Below, piece after piece: positions 29,958-38,003 of a DNA stretch of 64,000 bases. The position numbers and the translations under genes were made by a program. Source of the stretch: a virus (Duplodnaviria > Caudoviricetes); the IMG/VR virus record IMGVR_UViG_642918884_000001, positions 6,111-70,110 of that record; one strand, written 5' to 3'. The notes under the pieces are model-generated. The model did not search any database. It saw only the letters and a program-made list of their open reading frames with translations, and was not told where the DNA came from. Numbering within the stretch: the stretch's first letter is position 1; every line of letters starts with the position of its first letter.

Positions 29958-30701
29958 ATGAACGCAATCACCTGGAGGCAGGAACGCTACATTCGTGACC
30001 TGCTCGAAAAGAAGGCGTGGAAATTCGATGCTCCGCAGTTTGTCACTGCGGTGCAAGCGCACGTTGATTCGAATCTCGGCAATCTGACCGGAGGTCGCGA
30101 CGGCACGGGTTCGGCGCTGATTGGCTACCTCAAGGGTCTGCCGGATACCGCCGAGATCTTGAAGTCGCATGCGGTTTCGGTTCAGACCGCCGATCACTTC
30201 GAACAGATCACCGGCGTTCGGCCCGAATCGGTGACGGACAATCGCGCGGAATCGTTCGACATCACCGGCAACGAGGATTTCAACCATTGGGTCAACCATG
30301 TTGACCCAAAGGCTCCGAGCAAGGCGGTTCGGACTCCGAGCGTGGCCGATGGTTGGGTCAAGGGTCGGCCCACGGTCGGCGAACGTCCCAAAGCGCCGAC
30401 CGCGCGACCCGGCCTGTACGTTCGCGACGGCGAAGTGTTCAAAGTGACGGAATCGAAGCGCAATCCCGGTCAGTTCGTGGCGAAGCTCATCGGAACGATG
30501 GAACGGGGACACCGTAAGGCGACGTTCGTCCGTGGCATGGTCTGGAAACTGACCGAAGATCAGCGCATGACGCCAGAACAGGCGAAAGCGTACGGCGACA
30601 AGTTCGGGCAATGCGTGAATTGCGGCAAGGCTCTGAACGATCCTGCCAGCGTAAAGCTGGGAATGGGTCCGGTTTGCCACAAGCGCTTGACCGGACACTG
30701 A
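29958..30701 (+). CDS. DUF6011-like Zn-finger protein
   Basis: C-terminal GQCVNCGKALNDPASVKLGMGPVC; ATG 29958 after AGGA. Confidence 0.8.
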   Translation: MNAITWRQERYIRDLLEKKAWKFDAPQFVTAVQAHVDSNLGNLTGGRDGTGSALIGYLKGLPDTAEILKSHAVSVQTADHFEQITGVRPESVTDNRAESFDITGNEDFNHWVNHVDPKAPSKAVRTPSVADGWVKGRPTVGERPKAPTARPGLYVRDGEVFKVTESKRNPGQFVAKLIGTMERGHRKATFVRGMVWKLTEDQRMTPEQAKAYGDKFGQCVNCGKALNDPASVKLGMGPVCHKRLTGH

Positions 30702-30730
30702 GAAATGCGCTAGCCTTGGGCTAGCCTAAG
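30687..30730 (+). promoter_or_regulatory. Putative SigA promoter plus GGCTAGCC palindrome
   Basis: TTGACC-18 bp-TAGCCT followed by TGGGCTAGCCTAAG (reverse complement of the 29561 site). Confidence 0.55.
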
Positions 30731-30733
30731 ACA

Positions 30734-30798
30734 GGGTGACTGGCAGAGATCGGGGTTCGACTCCCCGACACCCACGACGACAGACACCAGATCTGTCG
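30734..30798 (+). ncRNA. tRNA-like element E1 plus hairpin
   Basis: GGGTG-actggcagaga-TCGGGG-TTCGACT-CCCCGA-CACCC-ACGA, then CGACAGA/TCTGTCG. Confidence 0.8.
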
Positions 30799-30817
30799 CA
30801 GATCAAAGGACACGAAA

Positions 30818-31180
30818 ATGGGCAACGGTCGAATTCGCAACGTCTACGAGCCGAAGAATCTCCAATACTTGGAGGACGCCGAACATCGCGTTACTGACCA
30901 GTTCCGTGGAACTGGATTCCCGCTTTACGGCACCGTGACGTGGATTAATCGCGACGGAAATTCGCAGGCGGTCAAGCTGCTTTCCGTCACGAATTCGCTC
31001 GGCGAAATCAAGCTGGTCGAACTGACCGGAGACATCGCCCGCGTGCTCGGTCTCAAGATCGGCCACGGCGGCGTGATCGTGGACGGGTACGGTATGAGTC
31101 CGCTGACTCAGATTCAGCACATGCTGAATTACAAGATCGGCCTATCCGTCGCAGTACGGGAACTGTCCGAATCGATCTAG
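30818..31180 (+). CDS. Hypothetical early protein
   Basis: AAAGGA RBS; sits between E1 and E2. Confidence 0.8.
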   Translation: MGNGRIRNVYEPKNLQYLEDAEHRVTDQFRGTGFPLYGTVTWINRDGNSQAVKLLSVTNSLGEIKLVELTGDIARVLGLKIGHGGVIVDGYGMSPLTQIQHMLNYKIGLSVAVRELSESI

Positions 31181-31189
31181 ATTCGGGGA

Positions 31190-31254
31190 GCGGTGAACGG
31201 TTAAACCGGGTTCGATTCCCGGCACCGCACGACGACAGACACAAAGATCTGTCG
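31190..31254 (+). ncRNA. tRNA-like element E2 plus hairpin
   Basis: GCGGTG-aacggttaaa-CCGGG-TTCGATT-CCCGG-CACCGC-ACGA, then CGACAGA/TCTGTCG. Confidence 0.8.
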
Positions 31255-31272
31255 CAGATGAAAGGACTTGTC

Positions 31273-31479
31273 ATGGCAATGACAAAGCGCGATTTCGTGG
31301 CAATCGCCGAGATCATTCGCGAAGAGAAAACCCTTCGCGCTCCGGACCCGATGCGCGATGCTACCGCGCAGGAAATCGCCCGTGGCATCGCACGGCACGC
31401 AAAGCAGGTCAATCCCCGTTTCGACCGGGCGAAGTTTCTCACCGCGTGCGGTTTCGATTCCGATTCGGTTGGGTGGTGA
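31273..31479 (+). CDS. Hypothetical early protein
   Basis: GAAAGGA RBS; MTKRDFVAIAEII...NPRFDRAKFLTACG resembles a common small phage family. Confidence 0.8.
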   Translation: MAMTKRDFVAIAEIIREEKTLRAPDPMRDATAQEIARGIARHAKQVNPRFDRAKFLTACGFDSDSVGW

Positions 31480-31482
31480 ATC

Positions 31483-31752
31483 ATGGCTACGGTAACCGGA
31501 AATATGTATTGCTGCGATGACTGCGCAATGTCAATCGCCAACGGCGATACGTCGGGACTCGACTATCACGGCGACGATTACCGCGCGGCGTGGGAGGCTG
31601 GCGTGGCCGCAACGTCGGATAGTCTTCCGGAAGGGTATCCGGTAGTTTCTTGCCCAGAAGGATGCACGGGCGAAAGCAAGAACGAATTCAATTGCGACTT
31701 TTGCAGTCGTGATGTATATTCACACAAGTTCGTTCTCGTCTTCCTCAACTAG
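31483..31752 (+). CDS. Cys-rich hypothetical protein
   Basis: CCDDC...CPEGC...CDFC. Confidence 0.7.
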   Translation: MATVTGNMYCCDDCAMSIANGDTSGLDYHGDDYRAAWEAGVAATSDSLPEGYPVVSCPEGCTGESKNEFNCDFCSRDVYSHKFVLVFLN

Positions 31753-31759
31753 CACGGTA

Positions 31760-31823
31760 GGGTGAACGGTTTCACCGGGGTTCGATTCCCCGGCACCCAC
31801 GAGAATCGTCAAAAGAACGATTC
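31760..31823 (+). ncRNA. tRNA-like element E3 plus hairpin
   Basis: GGGTG-aacggtttca-CCGGGG-TTCGATT-CCCCGG-CACCC-ACGA, then GAATCGT/ACGATTC. Confidence 0.8.
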
Positions 31824-31843
31824 CAGACAGATCGGACAGAATC

Positions 31844-32164
31844 ATGGACACTGCACAAGAGGCACTGTTCCGCGCCATGCTTAACGGCGGATGGATGGCA
31901 GAATCGTCGGGCAACGTCGAAGCTCCCACGGGATACTTCGGACACATGACGAACACCGTTCACGAGCTGGCAGAGATTCGGGAAGCGTTCTCCGAAACCA
32001 TCGAAGCCTACGGCGATCCGTCCGACGACGATATCGTCGGGCATTGGATCGTGGTTCTCGATTCCAACGGAATCATCCGGATCGAACGGCAATCCACCCC
32101 ACTTCGGGAGTGGGATTCCTACATCAAGCTCGAAAAGGAATTCGCCAAGTGGGAGGAAAACTAA
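31844..32164 (+). CDS. Hypothetical acidic protein
   Basis: Clean ORF between E3 and E4; preceded by CGGACAGAATC. Confidence 0.8.
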   Translation: MDTAQEALFRAMLNGGWMAESSGNVEAPTGYFGHMTNTVHELAEIREAFSETIEAYGDPSDDDIVGHWIVVLDSNGIIRIERQSTPLREWDSYIKLEKEFAKWEEN

Positions 32165-32175
32165 CCCGCCAAGGC

Positions 32176-32240
32176 GCGCGACTGGCAGACTTCGGGGTTC
32201 GAGTCCCCGACGCGCACGATCAGAACCAAAAGGGTTCTGG
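32176..32240 (+). ncRNA. tRNA-like element E4 plus hairpin
   Basis: GCGCG-actggcagact-TCGGGG-TTCGAGT-CCCCGA-CGCGC-ACGA, then CAGAACC/GGTTCTG. Confidence 0.8.
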
Positions 32241-32258
32241 CATACGGAAAGGTACAAA

Positions 32259-32519
32259 ATGAAGACCATCGTTTTCGGTTTTCTGGCAGCAATCGCAGCT
32301 TCGGTTTCGCTGGCTCTGGCATCGCCCGCGCTGGCGGGTCCGCAGGACGACGTTTTGTGTTCGTCCAACATGGCCTATCGGACCGGCCACAAGGCCGACT
32401 GCAAGGACATCGCCGTGAATTCGCATGGTGGTGGTGGTGGCTGGGGAGCGAAGGACGACGACGGCGACGGAGTGTCCAACGGCGACGATCCGGCACCGCA
32501 CGATCCGACGCAGCCGTAG
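32259..32519 (+). CDS. Small secreted protein with a DxDxDG Ca-binding-like repeat
   Basis: Signal peptide ending ASPALA; C-terminal DDDGDGVSNGDDPAP. Confidence 0.8.
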   Translation: MKTIVFGFLAAIAASVSLALASPALAGPQDDVLCSSNMAYRTGHKADCKDIAVNSHGGGGGWGAKDDDGDGVSNGDDPAPHDPTQP

Positions 32520-32526
32520 CACGGGA

Positions 32527-32591
32527 GCGCGACTGGCAGAGTTTCGGGTTCGACTCCCGAACGCGCACGACGACAATCCGAAGAATTGTCG
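32527..32591 (+). ncRNA. tRNA-like element E5 plus hairpin
   Basis: GCGCG-actggcagagt-TTCGGG-TTCGACT-CCCGAA-CGCGC-ACGA, then CGACAAT/ATTGTCG. Confidence 0.8.
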
Positions 32592-32613
32592 CAATCAGGA
32601 AACGGACAGAATC

Positions 32614-32949
32614 ATGGAAGATCTGGAACTGTACGGCGAAGGCAAGGCAGTGCTCGGCGCTGGTACCGATCAGCTCGTGCTTGAAGTCTGGTACGACGGT
32701 CATTACGTGATCGACAACGATTCAGGCGAATCGGCAGAGACCTACGGCGTTCGGTTGATCACCGACACCGAAGACTACGAAAGCGCCGATATCTACGATC
32801 TGCAAGAGCGGACGCCGAACGTGGCCGAAGCGCGCCGACAGGTCGCCGCGATGCTCTGGCTTGCCAATCGCGAGGATTGGCCGGAATGGGTCACCGCGTG
32901 GGCGGCGCGGAACCGTCCAGAACTGGAACGTCTCGTTACGGCGGCGTAG
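32614..32949 (+). CDS. Hypothetical protein
   Basis: ATG 32614 preceded by GGAAACGGACAGAATC. Confidence 0.8.
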   Translation: MEDLELYGEGKAVLGAGTDQLVLEVWYDGHYVIDNDSGESAETYGVRLITDTEDYESADIYDLQERTPNVAEARRQVAAMLWLANREDWPEWVTAWAARNRPELERLVTAA

Positions 32950-33089
32950 TGCTCTCCGACGACGACGTTGATTCATTCGGATTCGACTGGATCGACCGAG
33001 TGAATCAGGCTCTCGACAGACCCAAATCGCCGATTCGAGAGCGCATGTCACAAGAGCGTGCTAGGGTCAAGCAAGGGTCAAGCCGTTAA
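32949..33089 (+). CDS. Small hypothetical protein (46 aa)
   Basis: TAGTG coupling; (V)LSDDDVDSFGFDWIDRVNQALDRPK... Confidence 0.5.
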   Translation: MLSDDDVDSFGFDWIDRVNQALDRPKSPIRERMSQERARVKQGSSR

Positions 33090-33096
33090 CACGGCA

Positions 33097-33159
33097 CCGT
33101 GGATGGTCGAAATCGGGGTTCGACTCCCCGACACGGGCGACGAATCTCGCCGAGATTCG
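33097..33159 (+). ncRNA. tRNA-like element E6 plus hairpin
   Basis: CCGTG-gatggtcgaaa-TCGGGG-TTCGACT-CCCCGA-CACGG-GCGA, then CGAATCTC/GAGATTCG. Confidence 0.8.
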
Positions 33160-33180
33160 CAGAAAAGAAGGAAAACGGAC

Positions 33181-33516
33181 ATGTCGCAGGACAAGAGCAA
33201 GGAAACCGGACTCGTCTCGATGCACAGCGAGTGGGTCGGCAAGAGCTACGTTCGCACCGTGGCGCGCCGCGTGGGCAAGTCGGCAACCCTCATGGTGGAC
33301 GTGACCGAGTACGCCGACCGTCCGTCGAAGAAGCGCGCCAGCGCCGCAGCGCGCCACGCGGCGCGTGAGGCCAGCGCAACGCCGGTCAAGGCTCCCGCTG
33401 GTTCGGTGATCTTCGAGCACGAGAGCGTCAAGCAGACGAACCGTCTGGACGAGGACGGCAACCTCGTGCCGTTGCGGACGCGGATGCGGACCACGACGTT
33501 CGCATTCGGAATCTGA
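33181..33516 (+). CDS. Hypothetical protein
   Basis: AAGGAAAACGGAC-ATG; strong codon bias. Confidence 0.8.
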   Translation: MSQDKSKETGLVSMHSEWVGKSYVRTVARRVGKSATLMVDVTEYADRPSKKRASAAARHAAREASATPVKAPAGSVIFEHESVKQTNRLDEDGNLVPLRTRMRTTTFAFGI

Positions 33517-33546
33517 CGGAATCCGACCAGAAAAGGAAACGGAACA

Positions 33547-33909
33547 ATGACGTACACAGTGCAGGTCACGCCCGAAGTGCTCGGGCAGGGTCACCGGATC
33601 TGGATCTCGGAACCGCCGAACAACAATCCGGAGGAACCGCCGATCAACACACAGGTCTACCTCAAGAACGACGATCCGTTGCTCTTGGCGTTCGGCCAGC
33701 TCGTGATGGCGATCCGGGATCGTGGGCGGATCGAAGGGGAAATCCGCTCGAAGGACGCGGAGATCACCGCGTACTCGGCGCAGATTTCGGAGATTCGTTC
33801 GGAGTTCCGCGTTTACCGGGAACAGAACGAACAACAGAAATCCGTCGAAAAGGTCAAGGCGGCTGCCGAACAGGCTCGGGCTGCCGCCGATAAGGCGAGG
33901 AACAAGTGA
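33547..33909 (+). CDS. Hypothetical coiled-coil protein
   Basis: AAGGAAACGGAACA-ATG. Confidence 0.8.
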   Translation: MTYTVQVTPEVLGQGHRIWISEPPNNNPEEPPINTQVYLKNDDPLLLAFGQLVMAIRDRGRIEGEIRSKDAEITAYSAQISEIRSEFRVYREQNEQQKSVEKVKAAAEQARAAADKARNK

Positions 33910-33910
33910 C

Positions 33911-34285
33911 ATGGACGTTGTGAAAGAAGCTCTGCTTCACTACCGTTCCATGTGGGCGATGTGGCTGGAACTGAAACACACCACAGACGCCGAACGGGAA
34001 TTGGCGCGGCTGAAAATCGCGCTGATCGACGCCGAACTGAATCCGTCCGGACCGACGTTGCGCCCAACCGGCAATGTGTATCCGGCGTTCAATCCACCGG
34101 AGGGCGATTACCACGCGTTCGATCCAACGACGGATCTGATTCGATGCGCCAATCAGGGTTGCGGCGAAACGATCCAACAGAACGAAAACGGTACCGGTTG
34201 GGTTCACGTCGAAACGGGGAACGCGTATTGCGACGTTCCGCCGAGAAACCCGGCGTACGGCAAACGAGCGAATCCGCTCGCGTAG
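33911..34285 (+). CDS. Hypothetical protein with a Cys/His motif
   Basis: ATG 1 nt after the previous stop; CANQGCGETI...WVH...C. Confidence 0.7.
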   Translation: MDVVKEALLHYRSMWAMWLELKHTTDAERELARLKIALIDAELNPSGPTLRPTGNVYPAFNPPEGDYHAFDPTTDLIRCANQGCGETIQQNENGTGWVHVETGNAYCDVPPRNPAYGKRANPLA

Positions 34286-34289
34286 GGTG

Positions 34290-34342
34290 GCCGCTGACGG
34301 GTTCGACTCCCGTCAGCGGCGCGAGGGTTCTCAGAGAACTCT
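34290..34342 (+). ncRNA. tRNA-like element E7 (pure 12-bp minihelix) plus hairpin
   Basis: GCCGCTGACGGG-TTCGACT-CCCGTCAGCGGC-GCGA: perfect 12-bp stem closed by a T-loop. Confidence 0.8.
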
Positions 34343-34426
34343 TATTTGGGCTAGCCGAAAGTCGTGCTAGTCTGAATTCGGGAGGAAACGAGAAGGGTTC
34401 TCGTCCCGATTTGAAAGGAAACGGAC

Positions 34427-35638
34427 ATGAGCTATCACGATCAGTATTACCTCAACGCCGGTCACATTCTCGTGGGCGGTGTGCAGGGTCTCAAGGACCG
34501 GCTCACCGGCGAATCGCTCGAAGGCGGCTGGCGTCGGCCCGCGTGGTGGTACAACCCGCGTCTCGAAGACGTGCTCAACCCCACGCATTTCCCCGGCTAC
34601 CTGCCGATCTCGCTGATCAAGGAAAAGCTTTTCGGCTGGACCGCGCTGGAATCGGCGAAGATCGTTGCCCACGTCGAGATCGACGGCAAGATGGTCGAAA
34701 TCAACTGCGGAAACTACAAGGCGATCATTCGCGGTGACCGGGTGTGGGAGGACGTTCCGCACGACGACGACGGCAATCCGGTCGGAAACATCGGAAATCC
34801 GGAATCCGTTCTCTCGATCATGAGCAACGAATACGGCACTCACCAGCCGCAGGAATTGTTCATCAACATGACGAGCGAACTCTTGCAGGGTTCGGACAAC
34901 ATCGGCGCGACCGGCGCTGGCCTGCTCAAGTGGGGTCGGGTGTGCTACATGGAGGTCTCGATTCCGCAGACCATGCACAACGACCGCGCCGGTTTCGACT
35001 ACCGTCCGAATCTGTTGATCTACACCAGTTTCGACGGTTCGCTGAAAACCACGCTGGCCCGTACGATCACGGCGACGGTTTGCGACAACACGCTGCAAAT
35101 CGCCGCAAGCGAGGCCAAGCGCGCCGGAACCGCGCTGACCATTGGTCACACCCGGTTGTCGTCTGACCGGATGCCCGAAGCTCGGCAGGTTCTGGGAATC
35201 ATCGAACAGGAATCCGACGATTTCAACACGCTTCTGGACGAATGGGCGGCAACGCCGGTTTCGACCAAGCAGTTCGAAGCGTGGTTGGACGAGGTTTTGC
35301 CGGTTCCCGAGGTCAAGGTGATCGACGGCAAGGCGAAGACGAATTCGCAGACCATCGTTCTGAACAAGCGCGAGGCAATCGGAGATCTGTACTACACCGA
35401 TGAGCGCGCGGCGACGTGGGTCGGTACCAAGCTCGGCGTTCGCCAGGCGTGGAACACCGCACATCACCACAAGTTCCGTTCGGGCAACGCCAAGCAGTTC
35501 GACGGAAACAAGACGCTGGCCCGCGTCGAGTCGAACATGATGCGTTCGCTCAAGATGGACAAGAACGGTGAAACCGAGATTGCACGCTCGGATGCGTTCG
35601 CGATGGAAAAGTTGGACCTGGTACTGTCCAATTCATAA
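34427..35638 (+). CDS. DUF932/DUF945-family phage/plasmid protein
   Basis: LLIYTSFDGSLKTTLARTITATVCDNTL...IGHT matches the family's xxSxDGS...VCxNTL...H pattern. Confidence 0.8.
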   Translation: MSYHDQYYLNAGHILVGGVQGLKDRLTGESLEGGWRRPAWWYNPRLEDVLNPTHFPGYLPISLIKEKLFGWTALESAKIVAHVEIDGKMVEINCGNYKAIIRGDRVWEDVPHDDDGNPVGNIGNPESVLSIMSNEYGTHQPQELFINMTSELLQGSDNIGATGAGLLKWGRVCYMEVSIPQTMHNDRAGFDYRPNLLIYTSFDGSLKTTLARTITATVCDNTLQIAASEAKRAGTALTIGHTRLSSDRMPEARQVLGIIEQESDDFNTLLDEWAATPVSTKQFEAWLDEVLPVPEVKVIDGKAKTNSQTIVLNKREAIGDLYYTDERAATWVGTKLGVRQAWNTAHHHKFRSGNAKQFDGNKTLARVESNMMRSLKMDKNGETEIARSDAFAMEKLDLVLSNS

Positions 35639-35648
35639 ACAGACCGGA

Positions 35649-35710
35649 GCGTGACCAGCAGACGCCGGGGTGCGAGTCCCCGGCACGCACGACGATTCCA
35701 GACGGAATCG
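35649..35710 (+). ncRNA. tRNA-like element E8 plus hairpin
   Basis: GCGTG-accagcagacg-CCGGGG-TGCGAGT-CCCCGG-CACGC-ACGA, then CGATTCC/GGAATCG. Confidence 0.75.
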
Positions 35711-35739
35711 ACCACAAATCAAATAGAAACGGACACAGA

Positions 35740-35934
35740 ATGAGCGGAGACACGCAAAACAAAACGTGGCAATACGTGAAGGCTAGCGATATCGTCACGG
35801 GCGACGTTACGCGCCGAGGCGAAATCGCGGCAACCATCGTGAGCCTGTCCCCTGGTACTCGGACGCTGGCATTCGTGGGCGGCGCGCCGAAACTGACGAT
35901 CTCGGACCATGCGCCGATTGAGGTTCTGCGGTGA
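35740..35934 (+). CDS. Small hypothetical protein
   Basis: GAAACGGACACAGA-ATG; VKASDIVTGD motif. Confidence 0.7.
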   Translation: MSGDTQNKTWQYVKASDIVTGDVTRRGEIAATIVSLSPGTRTLAFVGGAPKLTISDHAPIEVLR

Positions 35935-36107
35935 TCGCGCGAATTGTCGCGTTCGCCGCGCTGGTATTGCTCGCGATGATGTGCGGTTTCGGCGCAGGAT
36001 CGCAGCTTCTCACCGGATCGGGCAGCGGCGCGGTTTTCATGGCGCTACTCGCCGGGGTTTTCGGTTGGGTTGCGTACAAAATCGCGTTCGACCGAGCAGA
36101 GTCATGA
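35931..36107 (+). CDS. Small membrane protein (2 TM)
   Basis: GTGA coupling; hand-translated MIARIVAFAALVLLAMMCGFGAG...VFMALLAGVFGWVAYKIAFDRAES. Confidence 0.65.
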   Translation: MIARIVAFAALVLLAMMCGFGAGSQLLTGSGSGAVFMALLAGVFGWVAYKIAFDRAES

Positions 36108-36157
36108 GCGCGGCGCGTGTGCTCCCGTGCTCTCCCCGACACGGAAAGTATTGCTCA

Positions 36158-36337
36158 ATGGCTCATTCAGCTCTTGTGCGCGATTACAGAGAAGAACGGG
36201 AGCGCCAAGAGACCGCAAACGAGACCGTGCTTTCCATGCGTGGGGAGACCGAATACTGGAAAGCAACCGGAGGACAACTCATCGATTTCAAAGCTTGGCT
36301 TTTGGCCCACAAGGGCAGAAACGGACAACCGGAGTGA
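36158..36337 (+). CDS. Small hypothetical protein
   Basis: MAHSALVRDYREERERQE...LIDFKAWL; GGAAAG upstream. Confidence 0.65.
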   Translation: MAHSALVRDYREERERQETANETVLSMRGETEYWKATGGQLIDFKAWLLAHKGRNGQPE

Positions 36338-36691
36338 TCGACAAAATGCTGACAGTCGTGGGATGGGCAGTTTGTGTATTGGTCACTTACGTGACCTATC
36401 GCATGTCACCGATGTGACCGAGACCCGCCAGAGCGCCGACCGGCGCATTCTCACACACGTGTAACTCTCAGAGTTCTCTTAACATATCCAGCCTACACGT
36501 GTGCTTACAATAGGGCGGGGCGAAAACCGATTCGTGCCTGCCGTTCCCAGACAGGGGATCTGACGAATGGGAAAGATCCAGACGCTTGCACTTCTGCTCG
36601 CGATGCTGGTTGGCGCTGGCTTTGTGGCTTGCGCTGTGATCTCATCGCCGAAAGACACTTCGATGAGATTTTCCAAGGAAAGGGTTCAAGA

Positions 36692-36946
36692 ATGCCACTG
36701 GATTCTCTCAATGGGGTGATCGATCCGATCCAGTATTCCAGCGCGCGCAGTGTGCGCGTTCGAGAGCCGGAAGATTCGAGCAAACAGCACAGTGCTGTGT
36801 ACGGCTCGCTCGCAGTCTACGTCGATTCGATCACGGAATCGCAAGCCGTGATCGACGCGTGGCCGAAAATTGTCGAAGCTGCCGCAGAAGTGGCACGATC
36901 TGTGATCGGCGCTCATCGCGCCGAGAGCCAAGAGAAACAGGAGTAA
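36692..36946 (+). CDS. Hypothetical protein
   Basis: AAGGAAAGGG RBS before ATG 36692. Confidence 0.65.
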   Translation: MPLDSLNGVIDPIQYSSARSVRVREPEDSSKQHSAVYGSLAVYVDSITESQAVIDAWPKIVEAAAEVARSVIGAHRAESQEKQE

Positions 36947-36950
36947 GGCG

Positions 36951-37268
36951 ATGGCCGGTCACATTGGGCTAGTTCCCGTTCCCGACGACGGGGAACTTTC
37001 TGATTTCATTCAGAAAATGATCGCGAATGATTCAGAAACGTGTGACCGGCACACCGCAGAACTTGCCGAGACTCTGCAATACACACGGGAGGCCGACGAA
37101 CCAGAGGAATTCGCCTACGCTCGGATGCTTAACTTTCTGGCCGACAATCTCGAACAGAAAGAACTCATCCATTTGTGCGCCGCCGGATTGTGGCGCATTC
37201 ACACTCTGAACAAAACGCCGGACAAGGCGAATCTAATTGCATTTCCAACAGAAACGGACGAAGAATGA
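36951..37268 (+). CDS. Hypothetical protein
   Basis: AGGAG RBS; operon packing. Confidence 0.75.
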   Translation: MAGHIGLVPVPDDGELSDFIQKMIANDSETCDRHTAELAETLQYTREADEPEEFAYARMLNFLADNLEQKELIHLCAAGLWRIHTLNKTPDKANLIAFPTETDEE

Positions 37269-37831
37269 CGGAGCACAAGTCTGAACTCATGAAGCAAACG
37301 GCTTTGGCGAACGGCTGGAAATCGGAAGTAATTCCGAATCTGGACAAGTTCAACGAAACCGGCGATATCAACGATATCGTCTGGAATGTCTATTGCCAGC
37401 GTGGGCTTGAGGCTATGCACGTCGTTTTCACCGGGGAGCGCCAGACCAGCGCCGTGTACAAGTATGGCAGCCATCACCGGCTCACCCCGGCACGCCGTGC
37501 GCCGGTCATGCGCTTGCTCACCGGCACTCCCGACCCGAAAAAGCTCAAGGGTCGGCAGTCCAGCGAAGAACTCATGGCGAACCACAGGCAAGTTCCGTGG
37601 GCCGACGACGCGCCAGCTCTGGAAATTCTCATGGCCGCGCTCGGCAAGGATATTTCGTGGATTCGCAGAATTGACGGGGAAACACTCACCGCGTATATTC
37701 CAGCGGAATCAAACAAGAAATCCAAGAACTACCGGGTTTATTCCAACAAGAACGGGGACCGATTCTTGGAATGGACGAACACCGAAGGGTTTCACACCGT
37801 TCGGCTTGACGCAATCATTTCAGTAGGCTAG
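37265..37831 (+). CDS. Hypothetical protein
   Basis: ATGA coupling; preceded by GAAACGGACGAAGA. Confidence 0.8.
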   Translation: MTEHKSELMKQTALANGWKSEVIPNLDKFNETGDINDIVWNVYCQRGLEAMHVVFTGERQTSAVYKYGSHHRLTPARRAPVMRLLTGTPDPKKLKGRQSSEELMANHRQVPWADDAPALEILMAALGKDISWIRRIDGETLTAYIPAESNKKSKNYRVYSNKNGDRFLEWTNTEGFHTVRLDAIISVG

Positions 37832-37835
37832 CCTA
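37806..37835 (+). promoter_or_regulatory. Putative SigA promoter overlapping the perfect palindrome TAGGCTAGCCTA
   Basis: TTGACG (37806-11), 17-bp spacer, TAGCCT (37829-34). Confidence 0.65.
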
Positions 37836-37859
37836 GAGACCGACGAAAGGAAAACGGAC

Positions 37860-38003
37860 ATGGGATACGGAATCGGACTGATCTGTGGGATTGCGATTAT
37901 CTTCATCGCGCTCATGGGCGGACCGACGATTTCGGTCGGCTGGCTTATCTTCGGAATCATCCTCGCGCTGGTCGCGCTCGCGCTGATTTTGGTGGACGCA
38001 TGA
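37860..38003 (+). CDS. Small membrane protein (2 TM)
   Basis: AAAGGAAAACGGAC-ATG; MGYGIGLICGIAIIFIALMGGPTISVGWLIFGIILALVALALILVDA. Confidence 0.7.
   Translation: MGYGIGLICGIAIIFIALMGGPTISVGWLIFGIILALVALALILVDA

Noticed and set aside
29861-35710. GGTTCGANTCCC repeats as true tRNA genes
   Set aside because: Only 10-11 nt (0 nt in E7) separate the acceptor 5' strand from the T-stem in E1-E8, leaving no room for D and anticodon arms; they end in RCGA, not CCA
30734-35710. Repeats as a CRISPR array, or the Cas4-like gene as part of a CRISPR system
   Set aside because: The intervening sequences are whole genes of 300-1200 bp, the repeats vary in sequence, and there are no other cas genes; the nuclease sits in a standard phage recombination module
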